This document shows positions 24,841 through 36,945 of a stretch of DNA of 64,000 nucleotides, in pieces. Position numbers and translations under genes: made by a program. Every line of letters starts with the position of its first letter. Within the stretch, counting starts at the first letter, position 1. The stretch comes from Balanoglossus misakiensis (lineage: Eukaryota; Animalia; Hemichordata). The stretch covers positions 9,367,403 to 9,431,402 of the forward strand of contig CM082587.2 of the NCBI GenBank assembly GCA_040954595.2. Direction: 5' to 3'. The notes under the pieces were generated by a model that worked only from the letters and a program-made list of their open reading frames with translations, did no database searches and had not been told where the DNA came from.

Positions 24841-27800
24841 CTAGGCAATGTCAGTAGTATCCACAATAATTTTCAAAAATGCTACATCATCTTTGGCAAA
24901 AGCATGGCGAGGACTGTCCAATAAAGACAAAGGCATGAATAAAGGGCAGCCGCTGGCGACATTCATGTCTTGCGTTGGCCTTTTAAACGACGACGACGTC
25001 GGATCTGGTCGAAAGGCATCAACTACGTGTTCCCTGTCGTTTTGGTCGACCCACATGAAGGTCACTTTCTGGCGAAACGGCCACCTGAGGAGGGCGTCAA
25101 ACGGGCCTCTCAGGATGGTGAAAAAGAGAGACACGTGACTACCCTTTCCCATGCCATCGCCGTTGAGATAGACGCGGGTGCACATTTTGTAACCATGCCG
25201 ACTACTGAAGAAACAGGGCGAATAGAAAGACGTAGTCTTCCCGGAGATGGCTTCGCTGCGCTTTCTGCTGAAGTCGGAAATCTTCCAGACACTTATCCCG
25301 TCGTAAGAAGCAAGCTCTAAAGATTGTACTCGAAGATGATGTTCTGCTAGCGTCTCATCTTTCAGATTCATAGTTCTCTCCTGTGCTCTGATTTTACGCT
25401 CAAGCGCCTCTATCATTTCCCTATCGCGTCGTTGTTGTGTTTCAAGACTTTTGAAGGCTTTCGCATTTTGTTCTAGCCGTCTGTGTAGCTCATTTACAAC
25501 TCCCTCACAGGTGGACAGTTTTGTTTCGATCACTTTTGCCCTAGCCGTCAGACCCTGGACGAGTTTTTCTTTTTCTTCCAGATTGGACTTCAGCTGTCCC
25601 GGGAGTGCCGTTTGTTGCTTCGTTTGTGCTGCAGCGTTTATTTTGGCAATTTCTGTCTTGATGTGAGCTGAAAGGGTCGTCATTTTATCCAGGTGATCTT
25701 GGTGTTTTGCAATTGCTTCCTTTAATGCCTCCTCCTGTCGGCTGAAGTCCCCGGCTTCGTTAACCATGTCCATCATTGGAAGTAGAGTCTCTCGCAGCAG
25801 TTCAAGATGTTCTGTTGTGTATTGGTTGCTGTGCTCATCAAACCCACGGACTTCGGCCTAAAATAAAACGGAAAGAGAATATGTGACTTTCTGGTCATTG
25901 CTAGATCTCGCGAGACTTGGTAGCTCGCTATGTAACACGAGTCAAGCTTTGTATACGGAACTAGATTAGGTGCAGGGTTATAAAACACAAATTGTAGCCT
26001 TTATGTCGTTTTACACGATGGGCCACGTATGCTTGTCATGTTTCACATAAGAATTATGTTCTCCCATGATGCATGATGGAAACATCCTACCCCCAGCGAC
26101 GTGCATACGGACTGCATAACATACCATTTCTTTACAGCCGATTTGATCGTATTTACAAGGAACCATTCGTCTCTCACAATCACCACTTTCAATATGCTGA
26201 TGTTCAGCTAGCTGAAAAATATAACGCGAAAACTACTGTTTGTGTGCACATATTCAACACATTTAAATAAGGCATAGTGGTTAAAATTAGCCAATTCTTT
26301 GACACACGTGTTGAAGTTAGAGAGTGTCACAGTGATTCTGTTGCAGTCTTTTGACATTTTTGATTCTTGGTTACTTACACGGCCCTTCGGGATGTCTTCC
26401 CTCTTACAGTATCTGCACTCGGTAGGCGCCCTCTCGCAATCTTCCGTATGTTTCTATACGAGGTAAAATATAAGATTTTTGCAATTGAATCACCTTCAGA
26501 AATTAATGTATTGATATGAAAATGAAAAATTTATAATGTTTGCTTTAGTTATGTTATATGTAAACACGGATGATTTCCGTCAAATCAAATGGTCATTCGA
26601 CTTTAATTAGGTCTAAAGTCAGCGTCATAGATACTAGCAACAAATTCTCGGAACATACACTATCTGGAAACTATCTGATTCGACTGGACAGCATTTTGCG
26701 AATATTGTGTCGACCTTTCTGCTACCAGCAAATCTTTATAAACGCAAGAATTCAAACTTTGGTATATGCATGCCTGTACCTGTATATTTTTATATGGCAA
26801 CGTTGACGTGCAGTGCGGACACTGTACGACTCTCATATCACATGATCTGTTCAAATGATCAACCAGGTCGCCCCTGAAGACCAGCACTTCACAGCCTGTG
26901 TTGATGCATTTTATCCTCTCCATAGGACAGTGGTCCGCGTGTTCCTGTGAATAAATAAAACAGCGACAAGTCAGCGCTACGGTAATTAACTTGTCTCATA
27001 TTAATTCACCAAATTTGGACAAATGTCACAACTGTGCAAATTCGAACGATGCAGCAAGTTCCTGTGCTGTTACAGTTTGGACGTTCGATCTTTGTGCGCC
27101 CCCTATATCATGCGTATGGTCATTCGAAGGCTAGGACACGTCCTTTTGACCATATATGAGCAAATGTAAATCAGAGGTGACTGTATCCCGTTAATAACAA
27201 TAACTTAATCGGCAGATGTTGGGGTTTATTCAAGTAGCTGTTTTATTTACCTGGTCGTATTCTTGATAGGATCCTTTCCACTCACATCCAATATTTTGAC
27301 AACTTAGACTAATGACTTTCAGCTCTCGTAGAATAGCTTTATCAGAAAATATCTGACAATTGCAGAAAACAATAGAAGTAAACAAACAAACAATGGCATG
27401 ATTTAGTGACGTGTGGTTCTTGTGCGTGTTGGTCTGTCAATATACAAATATCGTCATGTTAGGGCAGATATGACGGAACTCCTATACTGATTTGATACTG
27501 GCATAAGTTATCAGATCCATTACTAATTTAGAAGTGGGACATGATCACGAAGCAAAAGTGAAACAGAAAGCTTAGCAGGTTTCCCCTTACTGTTTGTATG
27601 TTTTAACGCATTTTCTTTGACGCTTCGTTTCCTCGTGTGTGAGATTCCAGCTCTGTCTTTTGGCTTATCTGTTTATCTGCATATATATATGTCAGTCAGT
27701 CAGTCAGTCAGTCAGTCAGTCAGTTATTACGGCTGGTTTCTCATGATTGTTCATGCATCGGGGAATCTGTAGCGATGAGGTATCGGGCTCTGACGAGAAC

Positions 27801-28816
27801 AGTGATCCACGGAGACACGTATCTGATTCACGTTCATTTATTGTCCAGAACTACTCCAGTACATCAAATACGCCCAGTAAAGTACATGAGGAAGGGAACG
27901 AGCTCAGTAGCCTGAGGTACTCCCATCTCCCGTTAGATTATTTCTCTCAACTTTGGAAACAAAGTTCTCTTATAATTACTTTTCTCAAGGCGTGGTTAAT
28001 AATGTAAAATATATGTGTTACAATTTCATTGGGCATCAGTCAACTCTATACGAACCAATTTACATAAGGTGTTATATAACAAAGTCAGTTCGGTGATGAT
28101 TGACAATCAGAGCAGTCAGTCTCTCCCTATCTACTTCAAATACATAAAATCAAATACTATCAAACATTGACATTTCCGAGCCCTGGATTAATTAACCCTT
28201 GAAATCGTATTTGACCTTTATACAGATCGTAACACAGTCAGTCAAACAACCTATGCTTGCTTGTTAGTTTCTTTTCCCTCTCCCTGTGGCCATACCTCTT
28301 CTCTGCTAAGCATGGAAGCATTTCCATCTTCTTCCTCGCTACAAGCCTGGCAATAAGAATTATTTTCCCTGTAAGAAATTCACCAAACGGATATTTACTC
28401 AGAAATTTTAAAGAAACTATAAAAATCGCACAGGTAAAACTCTAGCAAACGACATATGAACGTATCCATGGCACAACAAACATAACAGCAAACAAATACA
28501 AGGAACATGGCGACTACGGTACGGTTTACTGCGCGACAAACTGAACGTTGCATGACAATGGCTGAATTTAATTTTACATAAATCTCCATGCCTAAGTTGG
28601 CGTAATAGACGAAAGTGAAAGTGGTCAATTATATGACTTAGTATTTCGCAAACGTACCATATGGTTTGATATAGATAAAATTGTACCCTACCTTGATAAA
28701 ATATTCTCAAGACAGGCTCGACAAAACCTGTGTCCACAATTAGTTTGTATTGGCGTCCGGAGTAATTTCTTGCAGTAGCAGCATAAATATTTAAACGCGA
28801 AATTCGCGTTTTCCAT
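24841..28816 (-). CDS. TRAF2: TRAF2-like paralog B, about 547 aa from ATG 28816. Exons 28816-28692, 28368-28296, 27352-27251, 26944-26780, 26453-26379, 26211-26125, 25857-24841.
   Basis: RING KYLCCYCKKLLRTPIQTNCGHRFCRAC...CQAC; FSDKAILREL; MATH SYDGISVWKISDF...GYKMCTRVYLNGDG...RPDPTSSSFKRP...NVASGCPLF. The last five exons have the same lengths as paralog A (102/165/75/87/1017 nt). Confidence 0.92.
27554..27570 (+). promoter_or_regulatory. IRF/ISRE-like motif in a TRAF-B intron
   Basis: AAAAGTGAAACAGAAAG, tandem GAAA half-sites at 6-nt spacing. Confidence 0.35.
27693..27724. repeat. (TCAG)n microsatellite
   Basis: Tandem tcag run; a shorter one lies near 31587-31620. Confidence 0.9.
28611..28622 (+). 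promoter_or_regulatory. IRF-E motif next to the TRAF-B RING exon
   Basis: GAAAGTGAAAGT matches the IRF1/2 consensus. Confidence 0.45.
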
Positions 28817-29104
28817 GGCGAAGTTCAGCAATTCCGATGTATCTCCTTTTCTCTTTTAGGCGACACGCAGTTCTGTTCCTGTCGCGAATTCGGCGCGCTT
28901 TGAATGGTTCTGGTGCAGGTGCCATGCTTGTCTGGTGCAATTCACTTGCTGTAAGAAGACATGATTATTAAAAACGAATGGATTTTAACCGGTAAGTACG
29001 AGAAAGCTGAAAAGACGCCGGTCTATCTTGGCTGTGTTGTCTGTTGTGTACCTATCCCTATCGTAGCATTGACTACAGTCCAACATGGCGGTGTTGGGGG
29101 CATT

Positions 29105-29115
29105 GGGGAATTCCC
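29105..29115. promoter_or_regulatory. Palindromic NF-kB site upstream of TRAF-B
   Basis: GGGGAATTCCC, with a YY1-like AACATGGCGG near 29082 and an ISRE-like TTTTCGTTTC at 29180-29189. Confidence 0.55.
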
Positions 29116-29829
29116 TGTCGATGCGATCACGCTGTGGGCACCTGATGGAAGCATGATCGTAGCCTTATTTAAAGCGCCGTTTTCGTTTCATCACTTCCCA
29201 CTAATGTCCTGTCTCTCAATGTTTAACCAAGAACAAGAATTAGTTAGATACGACACCGGTGCGATTCAAGGAACACTATATATTTTGAGGGAGTAGTTAA
29301 GCTTCCAAGTTAAAATGTTATTGATCAGTATTTTAACTTGGACGTAATACGTTTTCTGAAGCTTCTCGCGCTCTCCACACCAAAAATTCATCCAGCCATG
29401 TTTTAATGTTTCTCATTTGTTTTATTTTATTTGTTCTCACTGTTCCAGTCGGTCATTCATGTAACGTGTATTGCCAGCATCTGTCATATAATGTATTGTT
29501 AAAACCAAGGTGTGAGTGTCTGTATTCTAGAAACACTGAGTGACAAAAACATTGCGACCTGACGCCAGGATTGGATATATAGGACAATGGCAAGCCCAAC
29601 CTTTTAGCGGTAATCATTATTACCGTCCACATTAATCTACCTCACGATTTGACATGGGAGACAGGTATTTGATAAAGACACGCCACAGTATACAGAGCCT
29701 ATAAAGTTGCTTCCATTTACGAACCTGACTATGACAGCAGTTTCTACGTCACTTCCGTTTATTAGGAATAGTCAGCGATAAATGAAAGTACATAAATGAA
29801 AGTACATAATTCTGACGTAATTCGCAACT

Positions 29830-30285
29830 TTCCCCTTTAATAAGAACCCCAGATCATACACGAGACAGCACACTGGTGGAGCTAAAACAATATCATGTAA
29901 TACTTGTTCATTGACATGCTTATGGATAAATAATAATTCCAAATTTTGAACAAAAGGTTATACATGACACAATACACTCGTATAGCTAAATAATATCCTG
30001 TAATACGTGTCCATTGGCAAATTTATGTATGGATAAATAAAAATTCACGCTAATTTCTTTTTTAATATGAACCTAAGATTATACATGACACAACACACTG
30101 GTATAGTTAAAACTATATCATGTAAAACTGGTCCATTTGCAAGCTTACGTATGGTTAAATAGTAATTCACGCTAATGTTCCCCTTTAATAAGAACCAAAG
30201 TTTATACATAACAAAACTCTGCTATAGCTGAAATAGTATCAAATAAAACTTCTCCATTGGTAAGCATATATATGGATAATTATAA
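29830..30285. repeat. Degenerate tandem repeat, about 4 copies of about 115 bp
   Basis: Recurring aagaacc...ttatacatgacac...tatagctaaa...tatcatgtaa...tccatt...tatggataaata. Confidence 0.75.
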
Positions 30286-30877
30286 TATGATTAATTAAAT
30301 GGTATTTGGTTGATTGGTTTTGTGCATTAATCCCCTTGCTATAATGTGAATAAGTGCGGTAGGATGGAGTTCACAGACTTCTTGTGTAGAACTCTGTCTA
30401 AACCGAACACTAAAGACACTGACATTGGTTTTCCAGATTACAGATGTGGTTTGTTCACGGATGTTTTCTTTTTGAGAATAATATTCCCTCATTTTGGAAG
30501 ACTGTCCTGCAAAGCGCACACAGACATTATGTATAGAATGTTGAGAAACCAGTATTACAATATCGTCATTTTCTTGACTTATCACAAAAAGGTGCCAAAA
30601 GTGAAGTAGTAAAGAAAACAAAATGCCACTACGCTTGTTTTTTTTATAGAGCTGTTCAGATAGTTTCACCACAAGAAAACTGTAGAACTGGGAGTGCGAG
30701 AAAAGTGCTGACTCAGCATTTTTCCGCAATATTTGAGACCGTCTTAACTGAAAATGTACCATGGGCAGGGAACACTCTATTTTCTCTCTCTGTTTGTGTT
30801 TTTAACATTCATTCGATAAACAATATATATAAAAATCAGGAAAATGACAATATTTAGCTTTTGAGTAATCCACTACC

Positions 30878-32539
30878 TTAAACAACAATTAACTTGAACA
30901 CAAACATACACATGAATACTGCAGCTAAAATCAGTATAACCCCCGAAGACTTCACGAGGATCATCGCCAGCGCCTACAAGAAAAGGAGTGTACGTATTAG
31001 AACAAGTTTATTGTCGCGTGCGTTCTTTAAAACTACAATTTTAAAGGGATGACAGTGTGAGTGGTAATGAGGTCTGGATTTGTGGTTGTTAGCGTATTAA
31101 ATCGTTATTGCCACTATTTCTATTATTAAACGACGTCAATACTGATTTTGAGGAAATTACGCCTTCACCTCTTTCCGCGGTTTTATTAGAAGTTCGGTTC
31201 TGCAAGGTTTGTCACAATCATCCTGACTTTACCTGCAACTGCGAATGAGGCCCATGGTCACATTCCAACGATTTTGCGGTACACACTTCAATATGTTCTA
31301 CATACTGGCATCTGTCGACCTGCTGGCGACATCCTTTGTTTTCACATGCGATCACTTGGGACTTGCAGTTCATTATGTGTTCCTGCAAGCGAATTCAATG
31401 CGCGTGCGTAAATGTGACTGACGTAATTGACTAATCATGCTAATTGTGGCGACGATGCCAGTGTGTTATAAATCAAAGTCCTCGTCCAATTTAATTTGGC
31501 GGAAACACATCATTTATGATTACTAACTGACATTGTTGTGAACACGCCAGCAAATAGCGCAACTTGTATCCATGTGGCCTAATCAATCAGTCAGTCAGTC
31601 AGTCAGTCAAGTGAGTCAGTAAATGATATCGTGGTGCTATTGTATAGTACAGAATAAGAGTTGCTCACGTGATTGGGGCAATCATTACCATTATTGCGAA
31701 GTTTGATACTACAAGTAGCAAATGGACGTATATGGATCTCGCGAGTTTTTCCGAGATAAATTAAATACAAAATTCCCATACCTGCTCATATTTCTTGAAG
31801 TTTCCCTCCCAACCACAGTCTCCATTCGGACATTGAACTTGGCACTCGGACATATCCCTTGAAATTGCTTTGTCTGGATACATCTGTGAAGTTAATTCGA
31901 TACGATATTAAACATGAGTAAATCTGTCTCTGCCTGCGCTGCCTACCAACCTGATCAACGGCGACGTCTTGAAGTCACTGGAAAGAATCTTGAAACGAAG
32001 AATTCAGTGTCGTAATTGTTACAATACGGGAAGCGCTAACGTACCCTGTCCACTGAGAGAGTTTCATCACGTTTTCCTGCTTTTCTACATGGCTGACATA
32101 CGGGTGTATCTTGTCTAGAGAGAGAGAGAGAGAGAGGGGGGGGGGGAGGGGGAGAGTGAGAGAGAGATTGTGGCAGCACTGAATATGTACTCCAATTCAA
32201 TATGTACTACATTGTATGTTCGCCGCATGTGACCGAGGCCGTTCTGATAAATTCACAATCGTCTAATACGCATTGTGTGACCAGTTTTCACAAACAACTA
32301 TTCTCTGGTGTTTAAAATACATTTGCAGAGGTTATCCAAGATCGCAAGTAAGTGCCACGTCAGCAAAACGATGCAACTTACCCGGAAGCTTTGATGATTG
32401 CCGCAAAGCAACCCCGGCAATATCTGTGACCACAAGAACTGAATACTGGGTTACGGAGTATCATTATGCAGTGTACGCATAGGTACTTTTCGTCTGGTTT
32501 CTTCTTGAAGATGTATGGCTGGTGCCCGCGAATGTTCAT
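30878..32539 (-). CDS. TRAF-like paralog C: RING and zinc finger only, no coiled coil or MATH. Exons 32539-32382, 32114-32045, 31883-31782, 31382-31233; candidate last exon 30973-30878.
   Basis: MNIRGHQPYIFKKKPDEKYLCVHCIMILRNPVFSSCGHRYCRGC / QDTPVCQPC / MYPDKAISRDMSECQVQCPNGDCGWEG / EHIMNCKSQVIACENKGC...HIEVC. Four open, phase-consistent exons; the 3' end is uncertain. Confidence 0.8.
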
Positions 32540-34513
32540 TATTCAGTCTAATGTAGTAACCAGCCACAGAAAGTCTCTGACTAGTCAGCTGCGGCGTCGG
32601 GCTAGGGCGTCGTGAATCTGTGAAACCGCCTTGGAAATCATGGTGAGAGTCTCGTTGAAAGCGGTCAGAAAGCAAACGGTACCAGTGTACCGGCAACTAC
32701 TTCGTAAACGAACGATTAACTGTGTTAAGATGCGTAGGTTCACTGTAGACTGTCGACTCTACAGCCGCTGACGGTGCCTCTGACGATGCAGGCACTACCT
32801 ACTGTCTTAGGTTACAGCAACTGCGCCGAAGGCGGGACGTGTAGCGCCGAGTGTCAGCTAGCTATACGAAAACAACTCCGAACAGTTGTATACTAGGTGT
32901 ACGCGAAAAAAATGACAAAAACCGCATAAGCGCCTGCCGATAGTTTATATAGGGAATAGGGATGATCTGAGATGCGCACTGTATTGCAATTTATTGCTCG
33001 GCGCATAATGAATTGTGTTGAACACATTCATTATGCCGGAACACCGGGTAAATCCCCTTATGCAAATTAACACGCAACATTATCTCATGGAAAATAACCA
33101 GTGTTGTGGCGTTGCGATTGCGGCACTCTGATTCGTAGAAGAAAAACAATATGTATAATTCCGAGAATACTTTGCCACCCAACAAATGCATAAGCGGTGC
33201 GTATTTCCACCTAGATCGAGTACGCTTGCGCAGTATCGTGATCGGTTTGTCGCAGTGCTGACATCATGTCAGTTGGAATCAAATAGAAGGGTGATTTGAA
33301 CTTTTGGCCTGAGTCACCATCATGTTGTTCAGACAACACGATCAGTTCGTGCAAAAAAGAAGAAGAAAGAAAATGACGACGAAACCAAATTGACCCTAAT
33401 CTAAGGCTTTACCGTAACGGTATGCCTTTGTGATCCAAGAGAGAACAGTTGCAAACTTTAAAATGTTAAAGAGGCCACTCTTTCATATCCGATGACAGGT
33501 ATCTTTATGTGTACTTTTCCTCCATGGAATTTTGGACTCATATAGACTGTATTATAGATTGTTCTATGCATTAGTGTAATAAAGATTGCACCTGTGGTGG
33601 CGGGATCACTTCTGGTCTGTACTGCGTGTGAACTGCAGAATATTCCCCAAGATTGCCTCTGCGCTACTAAAACGCAAAGATATTCAAGGCAAATAATACG
33701 GAAGCTAGGAATCTCTCCCTAAAATCTTGTTTGGATATCAACATTCTCTCGCATTTTCTTCAATTAGCATACCGCAATTATTATCCGCTATAGATCTGGT
33801 CACCAAATCACAACACAAAATGGCTGCCCCGACTCATTGCGCGTATTCATCGCTGATAAATTTAGAAGGGGGAAGTCCGGTAGTATCAGCAATCTGTGCA
33901 TGAAGATGTTAAAACTAAACCAGTGCCACTGAAGCGGCAAAATATGACTCATGGAAATGACCGTGACAAGAAAACAAACAAATAACCAACCAACCAATCA
34001 AATAAATAAATTTAGACAGAGTCAAATCAGTTAATAAAATAATAATTATATAAAATAAATAAATAGTACAACAAACAGGTATCATTTCCCAAATTAAGGA
34101 AATTGTTTAAATTTTAGCTACTAGTAACCTGGTGTTGACTAACGGATTTTACAGCGATAGTGAACGTCTGCACTCGTTCTTCGAAGTCATCAGTGATAGC
34201 AGCGACAGCAGTAGAGCAAGCTTTAATGCCTCATACCCCATACACTTTGTACATACCTAGTCAGAACCTAGCAAATAAGTTAGGAAAAGTATGCCTTTTT
34301 GTGTTCGCATATTATTAACTGTTTATTATGATCTAGATCTGTGACCATTTGCCCATTTTCTTTCCGATGTACAAAGAAACACATACGCTGAAATATCGAG
34401 TCTGACAGAATTCGTGTCCAGTAAGGCCTGTCCATTAACATTTTCAAACAGTGCAAATCACCATCAATAGGGCACTGTCGGGTAACATGGTCTGATCATT
34501 CCTATATTTAGAA

Positions 34514-34524
34514 GGGAAAGTCCC
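34514..34524 (-). promoter_or_regulatory. Canonical NF-kB site upstream of the TRAF cluster
   Basis: GGGAAAGTCCC; its reverse complement contains the classic GGGACTTTCC. Confidence 0.45.
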
Positions 34525-36945
34525 GTCCCCAACATTAACCAATGGCTGAGAGCCTCACATCGCCTGTCATGAACCATGTCTATTTTAAACCCGGCCGATT
34601 ATCGAGAGGCCAAAGAGTGATGTGATCAAAGTGGTGTGCAAATATTTTACATTTGACGCGCAAACCTAAATTGGCTAAATAGTTGTGAGTTAGCATGGCG
34701 AATAGGTATGGCTAGACGTTTATATACATGCATGACTACGTGCTCAACCCATTTTGAACCCTAGGGAATGCGAGAGAGAGAGAGAGAGGTTATCAAACAC
34801 TCCATATTTTCGTAGATACAGTGCATTAATATTATAATGTTTCACTCCATATGTATTTGAATGATACATTGTATTTCTAATTTGCTATTCGCAGTAGCAG
34901 GGCCAGGGTTCAACTTTTTTCACATTGTTCACGTCGCCCTCTAGTGTTAGACGAAAACTTGCTGTTGTTTACGCGTGTGCAGTTGAGAGAGGGGGAAAGA
35001 TCATGTTCCTTATGAAGTTTATCTGCGCCCTCGCATGATGGGCTAGTAAGAAAAAGCTGAACTGACCGTACTGCTATTTGTGTTTACCAAACTACTCAAA
35101 AACGCAAAAAATTAAGAAAATTTGCAACCCATAATATACGCATATAAACACTTCGACATCATTTAATACGGGTAATTAGTGTCCTAAATAGTGCGGATAT
35201 ATCTATTATTCACGATGAAAAAAGAACTGAATTCTTCGCAGTCGTTGCATCAAGTATCAGCTAATTCAATTACGTAACGATGTGGGTACGCGCTTGCGAT
35301 GGATACGAACAAAATGCTTATTGAAATCATAGTGGTAGGCGGTTGTATTTTCTTGCTTTGCCAGGTCGGGTTCTTATTCGTCAGTTTCTCGATTGCAGCT
35401 GTTAGAGTAAAGCTGTGCCAAACTTAAACTTAATATAAATAATTCTTTAATGATATTTTAATTTTAATATTTCAATACATGCATTATTGATTCAACAGAT
35501 ATTTTAACAGGCTTAACATTCTAAATTTAAAAGTCCAAATAGCAATGATCAAAAGTGCAGGTTTTGCAGCTTGTAGCCTGGCTATCAGGTAAAACAGTTG
35601 TCTAGGAAAAAAATATGTGCGCACATGACTTGTGGTAATAGTGAGGTATATGATCAATCATAATAAACTTTAAAATGAAACATTGGGTTTCCTAGCTATT
35701 GAGTGCACAGTAGATATCGATGAAATGATGTACTTTTTCAAAGCCTTGTTTTCAAAGTGTCCATGTATTCTGATGGCGTTTTATTACATCACTGCAACCG
35801 AAAGTGCCTTTGTACAGTGAACGGGCCTTCACGTCGTCGCGGAAATCTGATAAATTTTCAATTCCATTAATGGTGAATGGAAATATGCATATACCGGTAT
35901 TTGTACAACTGCAAAAGATGGAATATAATGGTCTATACTGTTTTCACGCCAAAATGACCTTTTCAGACATAAATTATTGCCAAAACATTTGCCTCATGCG
36001 GGCGCTGTTCTATATCGTCCCGGAGCGGCGTGGCGGCGTGAAGTCCGGTACGATCGACGAATGTATGACCACGATTACGTCACGCGAGCGGAAACGGAAC
36101 TCGTTCGTCGCATCGGTCAGCAGGTCAAGTGAGGCTGATTTCCCCCCTGACCTCCAAAGTGGAATGACCTTATTACCAGCGAAACCCTCTATGACAGGTA
36201 GGGAGATCGAAGACAGAAGAATTATTATGGTTGAAAGGCTGTATATTTGCAGCGAAAGAGACAATCACTGATTGTCTAGCTACAGGTAATTTAATGTTTT
36301 ATGCCCAGCTTGTATGGCCATAACTTTGACATTATATCGGCCGTTCTGTACGCACAATTTTTCACCTGTCAACAATTCCGTCCGTCCCCCGGTCCGTCCA
36401 CAGTTATATTCCACACTGTGGCCCGTCGCATGTACCCAAAATTGAAGAGACGTACGCAAGGGGCAGGACTTTTGGGAACTTATTGTGAACTCAGAATTAT
36501 TTCAGATATGAAAGCGGCAGTGTTTGTATTAGCTTGCATCAGAAATCGTATTGTGGATACACCTGAAGAGGTCGTCATCCAAGTTTCGAAGTTTTGCATG
36601 TCTTCCCCTTTTTGAAATTTTGTTTGTTAGAGGTGGCAGTGTTGTCATTTGATGGGTGAAGCTTCTAACTGACCGTAGAATCGATGTTTAAGTACACTTG
36701 TAGCAGCTAGTTCACATCTGAAGACCAAACAATCTGCCAGGCGTGTTACCTTCGCCAAATTAATCCTCACCTCGATTGAACCAACATGGCGACTAAACAC
36801 ATTGGCATGCATGACGAGTGGCCAAACATACAATTCGATCTTTGTTCAGGGTTGGATCACTAAACCATACAGTCAACTACTTTGTTTACTCTTCAGTATT
36901 CAGCAGCGGAAGAGTTCAAGACTGAGAGGTTGTAGTGGGAAAGCC

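Noticed and set aside
27591-27677. Exon-like segment in a TRAF-B intron (AG...GTAAGG)
   Set aside because: It has a stop in the required phase-0 frame, and 28296-28368 already supplies the homologous exon.
30295-30762. 155-aa minus-strand ORF as the TRAF-C C-terminus
   Set aside because: No TRAF features, and its acceptor near 30507 gives an early stop in the phases the upstream exons provide.
31169-31232. Alternative TRAF-C path via a 31-nt exon giving a hydrophilic tail
   Set aside because: It needs a 33-nt intron, shorter than any other here. Not strictly excluded without RNA data.
35804-36615. 155-aa and 104-aa ORFs upstream of the SRCIN1-like gene
   Set aside because: No recognisable motifs; better explained as a CpG-rich promoter and 5' UTR exon.
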